Shown piece after piece: positions 18,246-29,694 of a DNA stretch of 40,776 bases. Within the stretch, counting starts at the first letter, position 1; each line of letters begins with the position of its first letter. The notes below the pieces were generated by a model, which saw nothing but the letters and a program-made list of their open reading frames with translations, searched no databases and was not told where the DNA came from. The position numbers and the translations under genes were made by a program. Source of the stretch: Candidatus Nanopelagicales bacterium (GTDB lineage Bacteria > Actinomycetota > Actinomycetes > JBEVHX01); NCBI GenBank assembly GCA_040510995.1, contig JBEVHX010000128.1, forward strand, positions 1-40,776, given 5' to 3'.

Positions 18246-18773
18246 ATGCCCATCGACCTGGTCGAGCTGCTCGCGTCCCGCGTCCGGGACGTGCCCGACT
18301 ATCCCAAGCCCGGGGTGATGTTCAAGGACATCACGCCCCTGCTGGCCGACCACGTCGCGTTCGCCGGCGCGGTCGACGCCATCGTGAACCACCACGGGCG
18401 GGGCACCGTGGACAAGGTTGTCGGAATCGAGGCCCGCGGCTTCATCCTCGCCGCACCCGTGGCCTACCACTTCGGTGCGGGCTTCGTGCCCGTGCGCAAG
18501 GCCGGGAAGCTGCCATCGGCGACCCTGTCGCAGTCGTATGCGTTGGAGTACGGGGAAGCCACCATCGAGATGCACCGTGACGCGATGGCCGCGGGAGACC
18601 GGGTGCTCATCGTCGACGACGTGCTGGCCACCGGCGGAACCGCCGCAGCGACCATCGACATGGTGCGCCGGACGGGCGCGGACGTCGTCGGCCTCAGCAT
18701 CCTGATCGAGCTCACGTTCCTGAACGGGCGCTCGCGGCTGCCCGGGGTCGACGTCCACGCGCTTCTCGCGTGA
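18246..18773 (+). CDS. apt: Adenine phosphoribosyltransferase
   Basis: DYPKPGVMFKDITPLL, and the PRPP-binding loop VLIVDDVLATGGTA. Confidence 0.95.
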   Translation: MPIDLVELLASRVRDVPDYPKPGVMFKDITPLLADHVAFAGAVDAIVNHHGRGTVDKVVGIEARGFILAAPVAYHFGAGFVPVRKAGKLPSATLSQSYALEYGEATIEMHRDAMAAGDRVLIVDDVLATGGTAAATIDMVRRTGADVVGLSILIELTFLNGRSRLPGVDVHALLA

Positions 18774-18824
18774 CGGCGCCTCCGGAATGCCCGGATTTCG
18801 TCCCTGGTTAGACTGACCACGCCT

Positions 18825-21170
18825 GTGGATACGTCCGACCTGCCCGCCGAGGGTGCGGTGCGCACCGAGACCGCGCCCGGTGCTGTCGCGCCGCCCGGCG
18901 ACATCCTCACCTCGCAGACTCCCTCCAGCCGGGTTCGCGCCCGGCTGGCGCGTCTTGGCGGCCAGCGTGGGTCGACCGTCGCACCGGTGCTCGAGCCGCT
19001 GTTCGCGACCGTGCGGCAGACGCATCCGAAGGCCGACCTGCGGGTGCTGGAACGGGCCTACGAGGTCGCCGAGTACCACCACCGCGACCAGCGCCGGCGC
19101 TCGGGCGACCCGTACATCACCCACCCACTCGCGGTTGCCCAGATCCTCGCCGAGCTCGGGATGCCGCCGGCATCGTTGGCCGCGGCCTTGCTGCACGACA
19201 CGATCGAGGACACCGAGTACTCCCTGGAAGCGTTGCGCCAGGACTTCGGCGAGGAGATCGGCGCCCTGGTCGACGGCGTGACCAAGCTCGACAAGGTCAA
19301 GTACGGGCAGGCGACCCAAGCGGAGACCGTCCGCAAGATGGTCGTCGCGATGGCGCGCGACATCCGGGTCCTCGTGATCAAGCTCGCCGACCGGCTGCAC
19401 AACATGCGCACGATGCGGTTCCTGCCGCAGACCAAGCAGGAGTCGAAGGCTCGCGAGACCCTCGAGATCTACGCACCGCTGGCGCATCGGCTCGGGATGA
19501 ACACGTTGAAGTGGGAGCTGGAGGACCTCGCGTTCGCGATCCTCTACCCGAAGATGTACGACGAGATCGTCCGCCTCGTGGCCGAGCGCGCGCCCAGCCG
19601 GGACGACTTCCTCGAAGGCGTGATCGAGCAGGTGGACGAGGACCTCAAGGCGGCCAAGGTCAAGGCCACGGTCACCGGCCGCCCCAAGCACTACTACTCC
19701 GTGTACCAGAAGATGATCGTCCGCGGCCGCGACCTGGAGGACATCTACGACCTGGTCGGCATCCGGGTCCTCACCGACTCGGTCCGGGACTGCTACGCGG
19801 CGCTCGGCATCGTGCACACGCGGTGGAACCCGATCCCGGGTCGGTTCAAGGACTACATCGCGATGCCGAAGTTCAACCTGTACCAGTCGCTGCACACGAC
19901 CGTGATCGGTCCCGGTGGCAAGCCGGTCGAGCTGCAGATCCGCAGCAACGACATGCACCGGCGGGCCGAGTACGGCATCGCCGCCCATTGGAAGTACAAG
20001 GAGGGTTCCAGCGGGAAGGGGCACGGCAAGTCGTCCGTCGAGGAGATGCAGTGGTTGCGCCAGCTGCTCGACTGGCAGCGCGAGACCAGCGACCCCGGTG
20101 AGTTCCTCGACTCGTTGCGCTTCGATCTGGGCAACGCCCAGGTTTTCGCGTTCACCCCGAAGGGCGACGTGATCGCCCTGCCGGCGAAGGCAACGCCGGT
20201 GGACTTCGCGTTCGCCGTTCACACCGAGGTCGGCTACCGATGTATCGGTGCGCGGGTGAACGGCAAGCTGGTGCCGCTGGAGAGCGAACTGGTCAACGGT
20301 GACGTCGTCGAGATCTTTACCTCGAAGGCTCAGGGGGCCGGCCCGTCACGGGACTGGCTGGGCTTCGTCAAGAGCGCCCGCGCCCGCAACAAGATCCGCC
20401 AGTGGTTCACCAAGGAACGTCGCGAAGAGGCGATCGAGCAGGGCAAGGACGCCCTCACCCGGGCGATGCGCAAGCAGCAGCTGCCGCTGCAGCGGGTGAT
20501 GAACGGCGGCGTGCTGGTCTCCGTCGCGCACGACCTCACGCACAAGGACATCGACGCCCTCTATGCGGCGGTCGGCGAGGGTCACGTCAGCGCCCAGTCG
20601 ATCGTGCAGCGGGTGATGCAGGCCATGGGCGGCGAAGAGGGGGCGACCGAGGATCTGGCCGAGGCCACCTCGCCCACCCGCGAGGCGTCTCGCCGGCGCC
20701 GGCCGCAGGGGGATCCCGGCGTCGTGGTGGTGGGCGCCAGCGACGTCTGGGTGAAGCTCGCCAAGTGCTGCACGCCGGTGCCTGGCGACGACATCGTCGG
20801 TTTCGTGACCCGCGGCAACGGGGTCTCGGTGCACCGCACCGACTGCGTGAACGTCGCGTCACTGTCGGGCCAGCAGGGTCGGATGACCGAGGTCGAATGG
20901 GCGCCGTCCGCGACGTCGGTGTTCCTGGTGTCGATCCAGGTCGAAGCGCTCGACCGGTCCCGGCTGCTGTCCGACGTGACCCGGGTGCTGTCCGACCAGC
21001 ACGTGAACATTCTGTCCGCATCGGTCACCACAACACGGGACCGGATTGCGATGTCGCGGTTCACGTTCGAGATGGGCGACCCGAAACATCTCGGTGCGGT
21101 GCTCAAGTCTGTTCGCGGGGTCGACGGCGTCTTCGACGTCTACCGGGTGACCTCGGCAAGGACCAGCTAG
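18825..21170 (+). CDS. relA: Bifunctional (p)ppGpp synthetase/hydrolase RelA/SpoT (Rel)
   Basis: HD hydrolase domain ([27 protein letters not shown]). Synthetase domain ([27 protein letters not shown]). TGS and ACT-like C-terminal domains. Confidence 0.96.
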   Translation: MDTSDLPAEGAVRTETAPGAVAPPGDILTSQTPSSRVRARLARLGGQRGSTVAPVLEPLFATVRQTHPKADLRVLERAYEVAEYHHRDQRRRSGDPYITHPLAVAQILAELGMPPASLAAALLHDTIEDTEYSLEALRQDFGEEIGALVDGVTKLDKVKYGQATQAETVRKMVVAMARDIRVLVIKLADRLHNMRTMRFLPQTKQESKARETLEIYAPLAHRLGMNTLKWELEDLAFAILYPKMYDEIVRLVAERAPSRDDFLEGVIEQVDEDLKAAKVKATVTGRPKHYYSVYQKMIVRGRDLEDIYDLVGIRVLTDSVRDCYAALGIVHTRWNPIPGRFKDYIAMPKFNLYQSLHTTVIGPGGKPVELQIRSNDMHRRAEYGIAAHWKYKEGSSGKGHGKSSVEEMQWLRQLLDWQRETSDPGEFLDSLRFDLGNAQVFAFTPKGDVIALPAKATPVDFAFAVHTEVGYRCIGARVNGKLVPLESELVNGDVVEIFTSKAQGAGPSRDWLGFVKSARARNKIRQWFTKERREEAIEQGKDALTRAMRKQQLPLQRVMNGGVLVSVAHDLTHKDIDALYAAVGEGHVSAQSIVQRVMQAMGGEEGATEDLAEATSPTREASRRRRPQGDPGVVVVGASDVWVKLAKCCTPVPGDDIVGFVTRGNGVSVHRTDCVNVASLSGQQGRMTEVEWAPSATSVFLVSIQVEALDRSRLLSDVTRVLSDQHVNILSASVTTTRDRIAMSRFTFEMGDPKHLGAVLKSVRGVDGVFDVYRVTSARTS

Positions 21171-22429
21171 TCGCTGAACTCCGCCAACGCCTTGTCCGCC
21201 TCGGCGAGCCAGGTTCGGCGGGCGGCTGCGTCGGCGTCGGCGCGGTGCGCCTTCTCCGTCCGACCGGCCTGCCGATGGGCATCCGCTTCGGTCTCCAGCC
21301 GGGCGATGGACTCGCGCAGCTGGGCGACGGTCGCTTCGGCACGCGCCCGAGCCTCCGGGTTCGACCGCCGCCAGCGGGACTCCTCCGCCTCGCGAATGGC
21401 CTGCTCCACTCGCCGCAGCCGGGCCTCGAGCCGATCCTTGGCCTCACGCGGCACGCGGCCGGCCGCCTCCCAGCGTTCCTGGACCGAGCGCAGTGCCGAC
21501 TTCGCCGCGGTCAGGTCGCTGATCGGCAGCAGCTTCTCGGCCTCGGCCGCCAGCGCCTCCTTGGCGGCGAGGTTGTCCGCGTATGACGCCTCCCGCTCGT
21601 TGAACGTGGCCGAGCGAGCGCCGAAGAACGCGTCCTGCGCCGCGCGGAAGCGCTGCCACAGCGCCTCCTCGTCGGCCCGCCCGGCCCGGCCGCTGCCCTT
21701 CCACTCGGTCATCAGGGCGCGGTACCGGGCGGCGGTCGGTCCCCAGTCGGTCGACCCCGCCAACGACTCTGCCTCCTTGACCAGGGCCTCCTTGCGCTCC
21801 TTGGCGAGCGTCCGCTCGGCGCCGACCTGCGCGAAGTGCGCCCGCCGACGACGGTCAAAGGAGTTTCTGGCGGCGCTGAACCGCTTCCACATGGCCTGCT
21901 CGGCAGCGCGGTCGACCCGCGGCGCCGTCTTCCAGAGCTCCAGCAGCTCCTTGAGCCGGTCGCCGGCGACCTTCCACTGGTTCGACTCCGCCAGGGTCTC
22001 GGCCTCGGCGACCAGGCTCTCGCGCTCTGCAAGCGACGCGGCTCGGGCTTCAGCCTTCTTCTGCTGCACTGCGGCGCGGGCGGCGTCGACCGCCGGTCCC
22101 ATCGCGCTCACCCTGGTGCGGAGCACGGCCACGTCCCCGAGCACATGCGGCTCGACGAGGGCGGCGCGCAGCTTGTCGATTGACTGCTTTGCCTCGCCCG
22201 GCGCCACCTGACCGTCGCGTATGCGCCGCTCGAGCAGCGCAACCTCGGCCGCGAGACCGTCGTACTTGCGGGCGTAGTACGCGATCGCATCTGTGGGTGA
22301 GCCGGCCTGGAACGACCCGATGACCACCTCGCCCTCGGGCAGGCGAAGGAAGACGGTCCCGTCGGCATCCACCCGCCCGAACGCGTGCTCGGCGGCTACG
22401 TCGCTCGGCTCGGTCACCTGAATGCTCAT
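21167..22429 (-). CDS. DUF349 domain-containing protein
   Basis: Repeated helical modules with the W..F..A...F..RR..F pattern ([21 protein letters not shown]; [21 protein letters not shown]; [12 protein letters not shown]) typical of DUF349. ATGA-type overlap with the upstream cyclophilin gene. Confidence 0.8.
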   Translation of the reverse strand: MSIQVTEPSDVAAEHAFGRVDADGTVFLRLPEGEVVIGSFQAGSPTDAIAYYARKYDGLAAEVALLERRIRDGQVAPGEAKQSIDKLRAALVEPHVLGDVAVLRTRVSAMGPAVDAARAAVQQKKAEARAASLAERESLVAEAETLAESNQWKVAGDRLKELLELWKTAPRVDRAAEQAMWKRFSAARNSFDRRRRAHFAQVGAERTLAKERKEALVKEAESLAGSTDWGPTAARYRALMTEWKGSGRAGRADEEALWQRFRAAQDAFFGARSATFNEREASYADNLAAKEALAAEAEKLLPISDLTAAKSALRSVQERWEAAGRVPREAKDRLEARLRRVEQAIREAEESRWRRSNPEARARAEATVAQLRESIARLETEADAHRQAGRTEKAHRADADAAARRTWLAEADKALAEFSD

Positions 22430-23253
22430 CCCGTTGGCAGCGTCTCGGACGTCGTCGCGGTCAGGATAGTGACAGGCGTTGCGGGCGGGCCGTCCGTGGT
22501 GCCGCCCTGGACCCCGCCTGCGGCGATCCCCTTGACGATGTCCAGCCCTTCGGTGATCTGCCCCAAGACCGTGTAGTTCGGGCCGAGGGTCGTGTCGTCG
22601 TAGACCAGGAAGAACTGGGAGCCATTGGTGTTCGGCCCACTGTTCGCCATCGCGACCGTGCCCGCGGGGTAGTTGACCCCTTCCGCGGTCGGCAGGTTCT
22701 CATCCGGAATCTGGTACCCGGGCCCGCCGGTCCCGGTGCCCGTCGGGTCGCCGCACTGGAGCACGAAGATGCCCTCGGTCGTGAGCCGGTGGCATGGGGT
22801 GTTGTCGAAGAACATCTGGTTCGCCAGGAAGACCATCGAGTTCGTGGTGACCGGAGCGTTCTTGGCGTCGGCCGCGATCGTGATCGGCCCGCAGTTGGTG
22901 TTCAGGCTGATCGTGTATGCGGCGTCTGGGTTGATCGTCTGCTCCGGCGGGGACGGCCACGACAGCGTCGCGGGGGTGGTGGCCGGGACCGCCGCGCAGT
23001 TCGCGGGCGCAGCCGCGTCGTCGGTTGCCGAGGCGGATGGGGAGGTCTCCCCGGTCGCCGCCGGGTCGGTTTCGTCGTCGTCACTGCGGACGAGGGTGAG
23101 CGCGATGAGAGCGACGATGGCGACGACCGCGATCCCGGCGACGACCGCACGGTTGGTCGCCCTGCGCCGACGAGCCCGCTCCGCCCTCTTCGCCTGCTGC
23201 CGCTCAAACCGTGCCCGCGCCAGCTCGCGCTCGCGTTGCCTGCTTGACGCCAC
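22426..23253 (-). CDS. ppiB: Membrane-anchored cyclophilin-type peptidyl-prolyl cis-trans isomerase
   Basis: Basic N-terminus plus a TM helix (AVVAGIAVVAIVALIALTLV), a low-complexity linker, then the cyclophilin core (FHRLTTEGIFVLQCGDP.GTG.GGPGY, GTVAMANSGPNTNGSQFF). GTG start at 23253 with GGAGGAG 7 nt upstream. Confidence 0.9.
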   Translation of the reverse strand: MASSRQRERELARARFERQQAKRAERARRRRATNRAVVAGIAVVAIVALIALTLVRSDDDETDPAATGETSPSASATDDAAAPANCAAVPATTPATLSWPSPPEQTINPDAAYTISLNTNCGPITIAADAKNAPVTTNSMVFLANQMFFDNTPCHRLTTEGIFVLQCGDPTGTGTGGPGYQIPDENLPTAEGVNYPAGTVAMANSGPNTNGSQFFLVYDDTTLGPNYTVLGQITEGLDIVKGIAAGGVQGGTTDGPPATPVTILTATTSETLPTG

Positions 23254-23311
23254 GTTCTGCTCCTCCTGCTCCTAATCGGCGGAACAGTTTAGGCGGGTAC
23301 CCTCGACCCTC

Positions 23312-24010
23312 GTGCTTGTGGCTAGTTTCCCCGCCTCCTTCGCCGGGACGAACTGTTACGTCGTCGCGCCTGGGACCGCCACGGAATGCATCGTCATCGA
23401 CCCGGGCGTCGAGGTGGTGAGCACCCTCGACGAGGTGATCGCTGAGCACCGGTTGCGGCCGGTCGCGGTCCTGCTCACCCATGGGCATCTCGACCACACC
23501 TTCTCCGTTGCCCCGGTCTGCGGCGCGCGGGACATACCGGCGTGGATCCACCCCGATGACCGAGACCTGCTCGCAGACCCGCTCAAGGGCCTGTCGCGGG
23601 ACGCTGCGCAGCTGTTCGGCGGACGGTTCACGTTCACCGAGCCCGACGACGTCCGCCCGTTGCTCGACGGCGCGTTGCTGTCGATCGCCGGCCTGGAGAT
23701 CAGCGTCGACCACGCACCTGGCCATACTCCGGGCTCGGTGATGTTCCGGCTGCCGGGTGCAGCCGACGACAACCCGGAGACGATGTTCAGCGGGGACGTG
23801 CTGTTCGCCGGTTCCATCGGCCGTACCGACCTGCCCGGCGGCTCGTACGAGCGGATGCTGCACAGCTTGGCGACCAAGTGCCTCCCGCTGGATGACGATG
23901 TCGTGGTGCTCCCCGGACACGGCGGGGCAACGACGATCGGCGCCGAGCGCGCGAGCAACCCGTTCCTCGCGCAGGCTGCTCCGCTGGCCGGCCCGTCCCG
24001 GGGGTTGTGA
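23312..24010 (+). CDS. MBL-fold metallo-hydrolase (glyoxalase II-like)
   Basis: The THGHLDH metal-binding motif, then later DHAPGHTPGS and LPGHG. Confidence 0.88.
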   Translation: MLVASFPASFAGTNCYVVAPGTATECIVIDPGVEVVSTLDEVIAEHRLRPVAVLLTHGHLDHTFSVAPVCGARDIPAWIHPDDRDLLADPLKGLSRDAAQLFGGRFTFTEPDDVRPLLDGALLSIAGLEISVDHAPGHTPGSVMFRLPGAADDNPETMFSGDVLFAGSIGRTDLPGGSYERMLHSLATKCLPLDDDVVVLPGHGGATTIGAERASNPFLAQAAPLAGPSRGL

Positions 24011-25273
24011 GTGTCGGGCTCCCTGAAGGCACCCCGCGGAACCTTCGATGTCGTGCCGGCGGCCGGGGAGGTGCTGCTCGCGGTCCGCGACGCGCTGTCC
24101 GCGCCGCTGCGGCTGGCCGGATACGCCTACGTCGAAACGCCGACCTTTGAGGACACGTCGCTGTTCGTTCGCGGCGTGGGTGAGTCGACCGACATCGTGG
24201 GCAAGGAGATGTACTCCTTTACCTCTCGCGGCGGGGACGAGCTCACGCTGCGGCCGGAGGGCACGGCCCCGGTCGTGCGAGCGGCACTCGAGCACGGGCT
24301 GCACCGAGGCGGGCTTCCGGTCAAGCTCTGGTACTCCGGGTCGTACTACCGCTACGAACGCCCGCAGGCCGGGCGGTACCGGCACTTCTCCCAGGTCGGA
24401 GCCGAGGCCCTGGGCACCGACGACCCCGCAGTCGACGCCGAGCTGATCGCCTTGGCGGTTGAGGCGTATGCAGCGCTCGGTCTGCGCAAGGTGCGGCTGC
24501 TGTTGAACTCGCTCGGGGACGCGTCGGACCGGCCGGCGTACCGCGAGGCGCTTGTCGCGTTTCTGTCGAAACTCGAGCTGGACGCGGCGACTCGCAGGCG
24601 GGTCGCGATCAACCCGCTGCGGGTGCTCGACGACAAGCGGCCTGAGGTTCAGGAGCAGCTGGCCGGCGCACCGCTGATGGTGGATTTCCTGTCGGCCGAC
24701 AGTCGGGCGCACTACGACGACGTGCGCGCCTTCCTCACCGATGCCGGTGTGCTCTGGCAGGAGGCGCCAAAGCTGGTGCGCGGCCTCGACTACTACACGC
24801 GGACCGCGTTCGAGTTCGTTCACGATGGACTGGGAGCCCAGAGCGCGATCGGGGGTGGCGGACGCTATGACGGACTGTCGGAGTCGATCGGCGGGCCGCC
24901 TTTGCCGTCCGTCGGGTGGGCGCTCGGAGTCGACCGAACGCTGCTCGCGCTGGAGGCCGAGGGCGTCACGCTCGAGGTGCCGGCGAGGGTGACGGTGTTC
25001 GCGGTTCCGCTCGGCGACGAAGCGCGTAGGGAGGCGTTCCGACTCGTGACGGCCTTGCGGCGCGAAGGCGTCGCCGCCGACCTCGCATACGGCTCCCGAA
25101 GTGCGCGAGGCGCGATGAAGGCCGCTGACCGCTCGGGTGCCGCGTATGCGCTGGTCCTCGGTGAGCGAGATCTGGCGGCTGAGGTCGCGCAGGTCAAGGA
25201 CATGACCAGCGGCGACCAGACCGGCGTGCCGCTTGCCGACGTCGTGCTGTACCTCAAGGAGAAGCTGTCGTGA
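24011..25273 (+). CDS. hisS: Histidine--tRNA ligase
   Basis: [50 protein letters not shown], and a C-terminal anticodon-binding domain. Confidence 0.96.
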   Translation: MSGSLKAPRGTFDVVPAAGEVLLAVRDALSAPLRLAGYAYVETPTFEDTSLFVRGVGESTDIVGKEMYSFTSRGGDELTLRPEGTAPVVRAALEHGLHRGGLPVKLWYSGSYYRYERPQAGRYRHFSQVGAEALGTDDPAVDAELIALAVEAYAALGLRKVRLLLNSLGDASDRPAYREALVAFLSKLELDAATRRRVAINPLRVLDDKRPEVQEQLAGAPLMVDFLSADSRAHYDDVRAFLTDAGVLWQEAPKLVRGLDYYTRTAFEFVHDGLGAQSAIGGGGRYDGLSESIGGPPLPSVGWALGVDRTLLALEAEGVTLEVPARVTVFAVPLGDEARREAFRLVTALRREGVAADLAYGSRSARGAMKAADRSGAAYALVLGERDLAAEVAQVKDMTSGDQTGVPLADVVLYLKEKLS

Positions 25274-27015
25274 TCCGGACGCATGAGGCCGGGACGCTGC
25301 GCGCGTCGGATGCCGGGCAGACCGTGACGCTCGCGGGTTGGGTGGCGCGTCGTCGCGACCACGGCGGAGTCGCGTTCATCGACGTGCGCGACGCCTCCGG
25401 CATCGTGCAGGTGGTCATCCGCGAGAGCGAGGTCGCAGGTGACCTGCGCGCGGAGTACTGCGTCAAGGTCGTCGGGCAGGTGCGGCCGCGCCCGGTCGGG
25501 AACGAGAACCCCGAGCTCCCAACAGGTGAGGTGGAGGTCGTGGTGTCGTCGCTCCACGTGCTGTCGGCGGCGGCGCCGCTGCCGTTCCAGGTGGAGGGGG
25601 TTGACGTGCCGGGCGAGGAGGCGCGGCTGAAGTACCGCTACCTCGACCTGCGCCGCGAGGAGCCGGCGCGTTGGATCCGGATGCGGTCCGAGGTCAACCG
25701 GATCGCCCGCTCGCTGCTCTCCGAGCGCAACTTCGTCGAGATCGAGACGCCCACGCTGACCCGGTCGACGCCCGAGGGCGCGCGGGACTTTCTGGTGCCC
25801 GCGCGACTGCATCCAGGATCTTGGTATGCGCTGCCGCAGTCGCCGCAGCTGTTCAAGCAACTGCTGATGGTGGCCGGGCTCGAGCGGTACTACCAGATTG
25901 CCCGCTGTTACCGCGACGAGGACTTCCGCGCCGACCGGCAGCCGGAGTTCACCCAACTCGACATCGAGATGTCCTTCGTCACCGAGGACGACGTGCTCGA
26001 GCTCGGGGAGGCGGTCGTGCGCGCGCTGTGGCTCGGCGTGCTCGGCGTTGAGGTGCCGCCCGTTGAACGGATGACGTACACGGACGCAATGGCGCGCTAC
26101 GGCTCGGACAAGCCCGACCTCCGGTTCGGGCTTGAGCTGGTCGATATGACGTCGTACTTCGACACCACGGAGTTTCGCGTGTTCCAGGCGCCCTACGTCG
26201 GCGCGGTCGTGATGCCGGGCGGAGCGTCCACCCCACGCAAGGGCTTCGACGCCTGGCAGGACTGGGCCAGGCAGCGCGGCGCCCGCGGGTTGGCCTACGT
26301 GACGTTCGGCGAGGACGGCTCGCTGGGTGGCCCGGTGGCCAAGAACCTCTCGGACTCGGAACGAGCAGGGCTCGCTGCGGCAGTGGGAGCGTCGCCGGGG
26401 GACGCGGCATTCTTCGGCGCGGGCAGGCGATCCGAGGCGCTGGCGCTGCTCGGCTCGGCCCGGCTGGAGATCGGCAAACGGCAGGGGCTCATCGACGAGT
26501 CCGCCTGGTCGTTCCTGTGGGTCGTCGACGCGCCGATGTTCGAGCAGATCGAGCTGACCGACGGGTCCACGGGGTGGACTGCGGTGCACCACCCATTCAC
26601 CGGTCCGACGCCCGAGTATGCGGCCGACTTCCAGGACCGGCCCGGGGAGGCGCTGGCCTACGCATACGACATGGTCGTGAACGGGAATGAGATCGGCGGC
26701 GGCTCGATCCGTATCCACCAGGCCGAGATGCAGCAGCGGGTGTTCGACGTGATCGGACTGACCAAGGAAGAGGCCGAGTCCAAGTTCGGCTTCCTGCTGG
26801 AGGCGTTCCAGTACGGTCCGCCGCCGCACGGCGGCATCGCCTTCGGCTGGGACCGGGTCTGCATGCTGCTCGCAGGCGCCGACTCGATCCGCGAGGTCAT
26901 CGCGTTCCCGAAGAGCGGCGGCGGGTACGACCCGCTGACCCAAGCGCCGACGCCCATCACCGCGGAGCAGCGCGCCGAGGCTGGCGTTGACGCGGTGCCC
27001 GAGCCGCAGGCCTGA
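25270..27015 (+). CDS. aspS: Aspartate--tRNA ligase
   Basis: OB-fold N-terminus ([23 protein letters not shown]), [42 protein letters not shown], and [12 protein letters not shown] overlap with hisS. Confidence 0.96.
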   Translation: MIRTHEAGTLRASDAGQTVTLAGWVARRRDHGGVAFIDVRDASGIVQVVIRESEVAGDLRAEYCVKVVGQVRPRPVGNENPELPTGEVEVVVSSLHVLSAAAPLPFQVEGVDVPGEEARLKYRYLDLRREEPARWIRMRSEVNRIARSLLSERNFVEIETPTLTRSTPEGARDFLVPARLHPGSWYALPQSPQLFKQLLMVAGLERYYQIARCYRDEDFRADRQPEFTQLDIEMSFVTEDDVLELGEAVVRALWLGVLGVEVPPVERMTYTDAMARYGSDKPDLRFGLELVDMTSYFDTTEFRVFQAPYVGAVVMPGGASTPRKGFDAWQDWARQRGARGLAYVTFGEDGSLGGPVAKNLSDSERAGLAAAVGASPGDAAFFGAGRRSEALALLGSARLEIGKRQGLIDESAWSFLWVVDAPMFEQIELTDGSTGWTAVHHPFTGPTPEYAADFQDRPGEALAYAYDMVVNGNEIGGGSIRIHQAEMQQRVFDVIGLTKEEAESKFGFLLEAFQYGPPPHGGIAFGWDRVCMLLAGADSIREVIAFPKSGGGYDPLTQAPTPITAEQRAEAGVDAVPEPQA

Positions 27016-27016
27016 C

Positions 27017-27532
27017 GTGGCCAGCGTCTTGGTCCGGCACGAGCGCCCGCGGGACGTGGTCGGGGTCAGACGAGTGCTCGAGGCCGCCTTCGGCCAGCCG
27101 GACGAAGCCGACCTGGTGGACGCGCTCCGCGAGTCCCTCGGCTTTCGGGGCGACCTCGCGTTGGTGGCAGAGACCGACCGTGGCGAGGTCGTCGGCCATG
27201 TGCTGTTGACGCCCGTGCGGGTGGGCGGCGCGTCGGGCGCGCTGGCGCTGGCTCCGGTCGCAGTGGACCCGGCCTGGAGGGGGCAGGGCATCGGGGCGCG
27301 CTTGGTCCGCGCGGGCCTTGAAGCGGCCGAGGTGGCCGGCGACCGCGTGGTCGTTGTGGTCGGCGATCCGGGATACTACGCGCGATTCGGCTTCGTGCCG
27401 GCGCGCCGGCTTGGCTTGATCACCGCTTACGACAAGCAGGCGGGCGATGCTGTGCAGGCGCTGGGGCTGCGTGGGTACGAGGGACGGCCGCACGGCGAGG
27501 TCGTCTACCCGCCCGCGTTCGACGGCGTCTGA
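27017..27532 (+). CDS. GNAT-family N-acetyltransferase (YhbS-like)
   Basis: The acetyl-CoA binding segment LAPVAVDPAWRGQGIGARLVRAGLE (R/Q-x-x-G-x-G/A), and GDPGYYARFGF. The GTG at 27017 follows directly after the aspS stop. Confidence 0.8.
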   Translation: MASVLVRHERPRDVVGVRRVLEAAFGQPDEADLVDALRESLGFRGDLALVAETDRGEVVGHVLLTPVRVGGASGALALAPVAVDPAWRGQGIGARLVRAGLEAAEVAGDRVVVVVGDPGYYARFGFVPARRLGLITAYDKQAGDAVQALGLRGYEGRPHGEVVYPPAFDGV

Positions 27533-27557
27533 GTCCCCCGCCCGAAAATTGGGTCAA

Positions 27558-28319
27558 TCAGCAGGTCAGCCTGGCGCTGCTCCAATGGTGCAGGTCGGTG
27601 AAGCCCAGCCGTCGGTACATCCGTCGGGCCGTCTCGTTGTGCGCATACATGCCGAAGGTGACGACACCGAGGCCTTCGTCGAAGCATCGGCGGCTGATCC
27701 ATGCGGTGACGGCCGCGCCGAGCCCGCGACCGCGTTGGTCGGGGCGGGTCGCGATCGAGGCGAGGTGCGGAACGTTGGGCAAGTAGCGGACGTCGGCACA
27801 GCAGGCGATCAGCGCGCCCGAGTCATCGCGGACGCCGCACCAGCGCAACGTGTGCTCGTCGGCGACACTGGCGGAGGCAGTCGGGCTCGACAGCTCGAGC
27901 AGCGCGGTGATGTCGTCGTGGTCGTCATCATCGAGCCAGCTGACCGCGATTTCGTTCGCCTGCGTCGGCGGCGGGGTCTGCGACCACCACCAGTCCCAGT
28001 CGACCCACTTGGGCGGACGGACGGAGTCGGGGAGCAGGGGCATCGCGCCGCGCGGCAGCCGGCACGGCAGCGGCTCGACTGCGCCGGACGTGATCATGTG
28101 GCCCACCAGCTCCGCCGCCTCGGGCACCGGGCCGACCGCGTTCAGCGCAGCGCGATCACGGTGCCAGGCGTCCGGTGCGACCCACGCAACCGCGCCGGCT
28201 CGGCTCCAGCCCCGGACCGGGACTTCGTCGCGCACGTCGTAGCGGACGTAGGGGTCATCGCCGGACGCCGCGAGCAGCTCCAGCTTGCCGGTCAAGGCCG
28301 TGACCGTCGACACCTGCAC
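27558..28319 (-). CDS. GNAT-family N-acetyltransferase with an N-terminal accessory domain
   Basis: C-terminal GNAT motif A: [27 protein letters not shown] ... [12 protein letters not shown]. The start is uncertain (GTG at 28319 or 28313, or TTG at 28295). The 28583 start in the ORF track overlaps rarA and is unlikely. Confidence 0.7.
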   Translation of the reverse strand: MQVSTVTALTGKLELLAASGDDPYVRYDVRDEVPVRGWSRAGAVAWVAPDAWHRDRAALNAVGPVPEAAELVGHMITSGAVEPLPCRLPRGAMPLLPDSVRPPKWVDWDWWWSQTPPPTQANEIAVSWLDDDDHDDITALLELSSPTASASVADEHTLRWCGVRDDSGALIACCADVRYLPNVPHLASIATRPDQRGRGLGAAVTAWISRRCFDEGLGVVTFGMYAHNETARRMYRRLGFTDLHHWSSARLTC

Positions 28320-28346
28320 GGAGTTCAGTCTGTCCGATACCGCGTC

Positions 28347-28352
28347 TAGGGT
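28347..28352 (+). promoter_or_regulatory. Putative -10 hexamer (TAGGGT) for a leaderless rarA transcript
   Basis: The TANNNT hexamer ends 7 nt before the GTG at 28360. No Shine-Dalgarno sequence lies between them. Confidence 0.35.
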
Positions 28353-28359
28353 CGCAGGC

Positions 28360-29694
28360 GTGCCGGCAGACCAGCACGACCTGTTCACGGCCGCGGCAGA
28401 CGAGCGGGCCCGGGCGCCGCTGGCAGTGCGGATGCGGCCGGTTTCGCTCGACGAGGTTGTCGGCCAGGACCATCTGCTCGGCGAAGGCTCGCCGCTGCGT
28501 CGGTTGATCCAGGAGAGCGCCGGGGGGGCCGGTCCGGCGGTGCCGTCGAGTCTGATCCTGTGGGGGCCGCCCGGCACCGGCAAGACGACACTCGCCTACC
28601 TCATCTCGCAGGCGACCGACCGGCGCTTCATGCAGCTGTCTGCCGTCAACGCCGGGGTGAAGGAGGTTCGTGCGGTCATCGACGGCGCCCGGCGCGAGCT
28701 CGGCATGTCCGGCCAGGAGACGGTGCTGTTCATCGACGAAGTGCACCGCTTCTCGAAAACGCAGCAGGACGCGCTGCTGCCGAGCGTCGAGAACCGCTGG
28801 GTCACGCTGGTCGGGGCGACGACCGAGAACCCGCGCTTCGCCATCGTCTCGCCGCTGCTGTCGCGCAGCCTGCTGCTGACGCTGCTGCCGCTCGATGAGG
28901 GCGACCTACGAACTCTCCTGGAGAGAGCGGTGGCCGACGACCGTGGGCTGCGGGGAGCCGTCGAGGTCGACGAGGAGGCACTCACCCAGCTCACCCGGCT
29001 GTCGGCCGGGGACGCGCGCTGGGGACTCACCGCGCTCGAAGCAGCGGCAGGCGCGGCGCGGGTTCGCAACCAGAGGCTGATCGGCGTCGCCGACGTCGCG
29101 CGTGCGGTCGACCGGGCGGCGGTGCGCTATGACCGCGACGGCGACCAGCACTACGACATCACGAGCGCGCTGATCAAGAGCGTGCGCGGGTCGGACGTCG
29201 ACGCCGCGCTGCACTACCTCGCGCGAATGGTTGAGGCCGGGGAGGACCCGCGCTTCATCACGCGGCGGCTGATCATCCTCGCCAGCGAGGACATCGGCAT
29301 GGCCGACCCGACGGCGCTCCCGATGGCGGTCGCGACGGCGCAGGCGGTCGCCCAGATTGGCCTGCCGGAGGCGCAGATCCCCCTGGCGCAGTGCGTCATC
29401 CACCTCTCGCTCGCGCCGAAGTCGAACGCGGTCGTGACGGCCATCGGTGCGGCGGTCACGGACGTACGTCGTGGGCTCGTCGGTCCGGTGCCCGTTCATC
29501 TGCGGTCCGCGCCGGGAAGCGCCTATGCATACGCGCACGACGACCCGCGCGGCATTGTCGAGCAGCAGTACGCCCCGGACGACGTGCTGGGGCGGGCCTA
29601 TTACCAGCCGGGCGCACACGGCGCCGAGGCGGAGCTGTCCGAGCGGCTGCAACGCATCCGGGAGGTGCTGCGCGGGGCATTAGGGTCTGACTGA
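28360..29694 (+). CDS. rarA: Replication-associated recombination protein A (AAA+ ATPase, MgsA/RarA)
   Basis: DLF...[21 protein letters not shown], Walker [10 protein letters not shown], Walker [41 protein letters not shown], and GEDP.FI.RRL. The GTG at 28360 is preferred over 28285. Confidence 0.93.
   Translation: MPADQHDLFTAAADERARAPLAVRMRPVSLDEVVGQDHLLGEGSPLRRLIQESAGGAGPAVPSSLILWGPPGTGKTTLAYLISQATDRRFMQLSAVNAGVKEVRAVIDGARRELGMSGQETVLFIDEVHRFSKTQQDALLPSVENRWVTLVGATTENPRFAIVSPLLSRSLLLTLLPLDEGDLRTLLERAVADDRGLRGAVEVDEEALTQLTRLSAGDARWGLTALEAAAGAARVRNQRLIGVADVARAVDRAAVRYDRDGDQHYDITSALIKSVRGSDVDAALHYLARMVEAGEDPRFITRRLIILASEDIGMADPTALPMAVATAQAVAQIGLPEAQIPLAQCVIHLSLAPKSNAVVTAIGAAVTDVRRGLVGPVPVHLRSAPGSAYAYAHDDPRGIVEQQYAPDDVLGRAYYQPGAHGAEAELSERLQRIREVLRGALGSD

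Noticed and set aside
17043-20222. 1059-aa open reading frame on the minus strand spanning secF, apt and relA
   Set aside because: It lies antisense to three genes with unmistakable family motifs. Its translation is Arg/Gly/Asp/His/Pro-rich low-complexity sequence with no recognisable domain. Long stop-free antisense frames are expected at this G+C content.
24865-27291. 808-aa minus-strand ORF opposite hisS, aspS and the first GNAT
   Set aside because: This is the same artefact. It is antisense to strongly supported aaRS genes and has an Arg/Pro/Ser/Thr-rich composition with no motifs.
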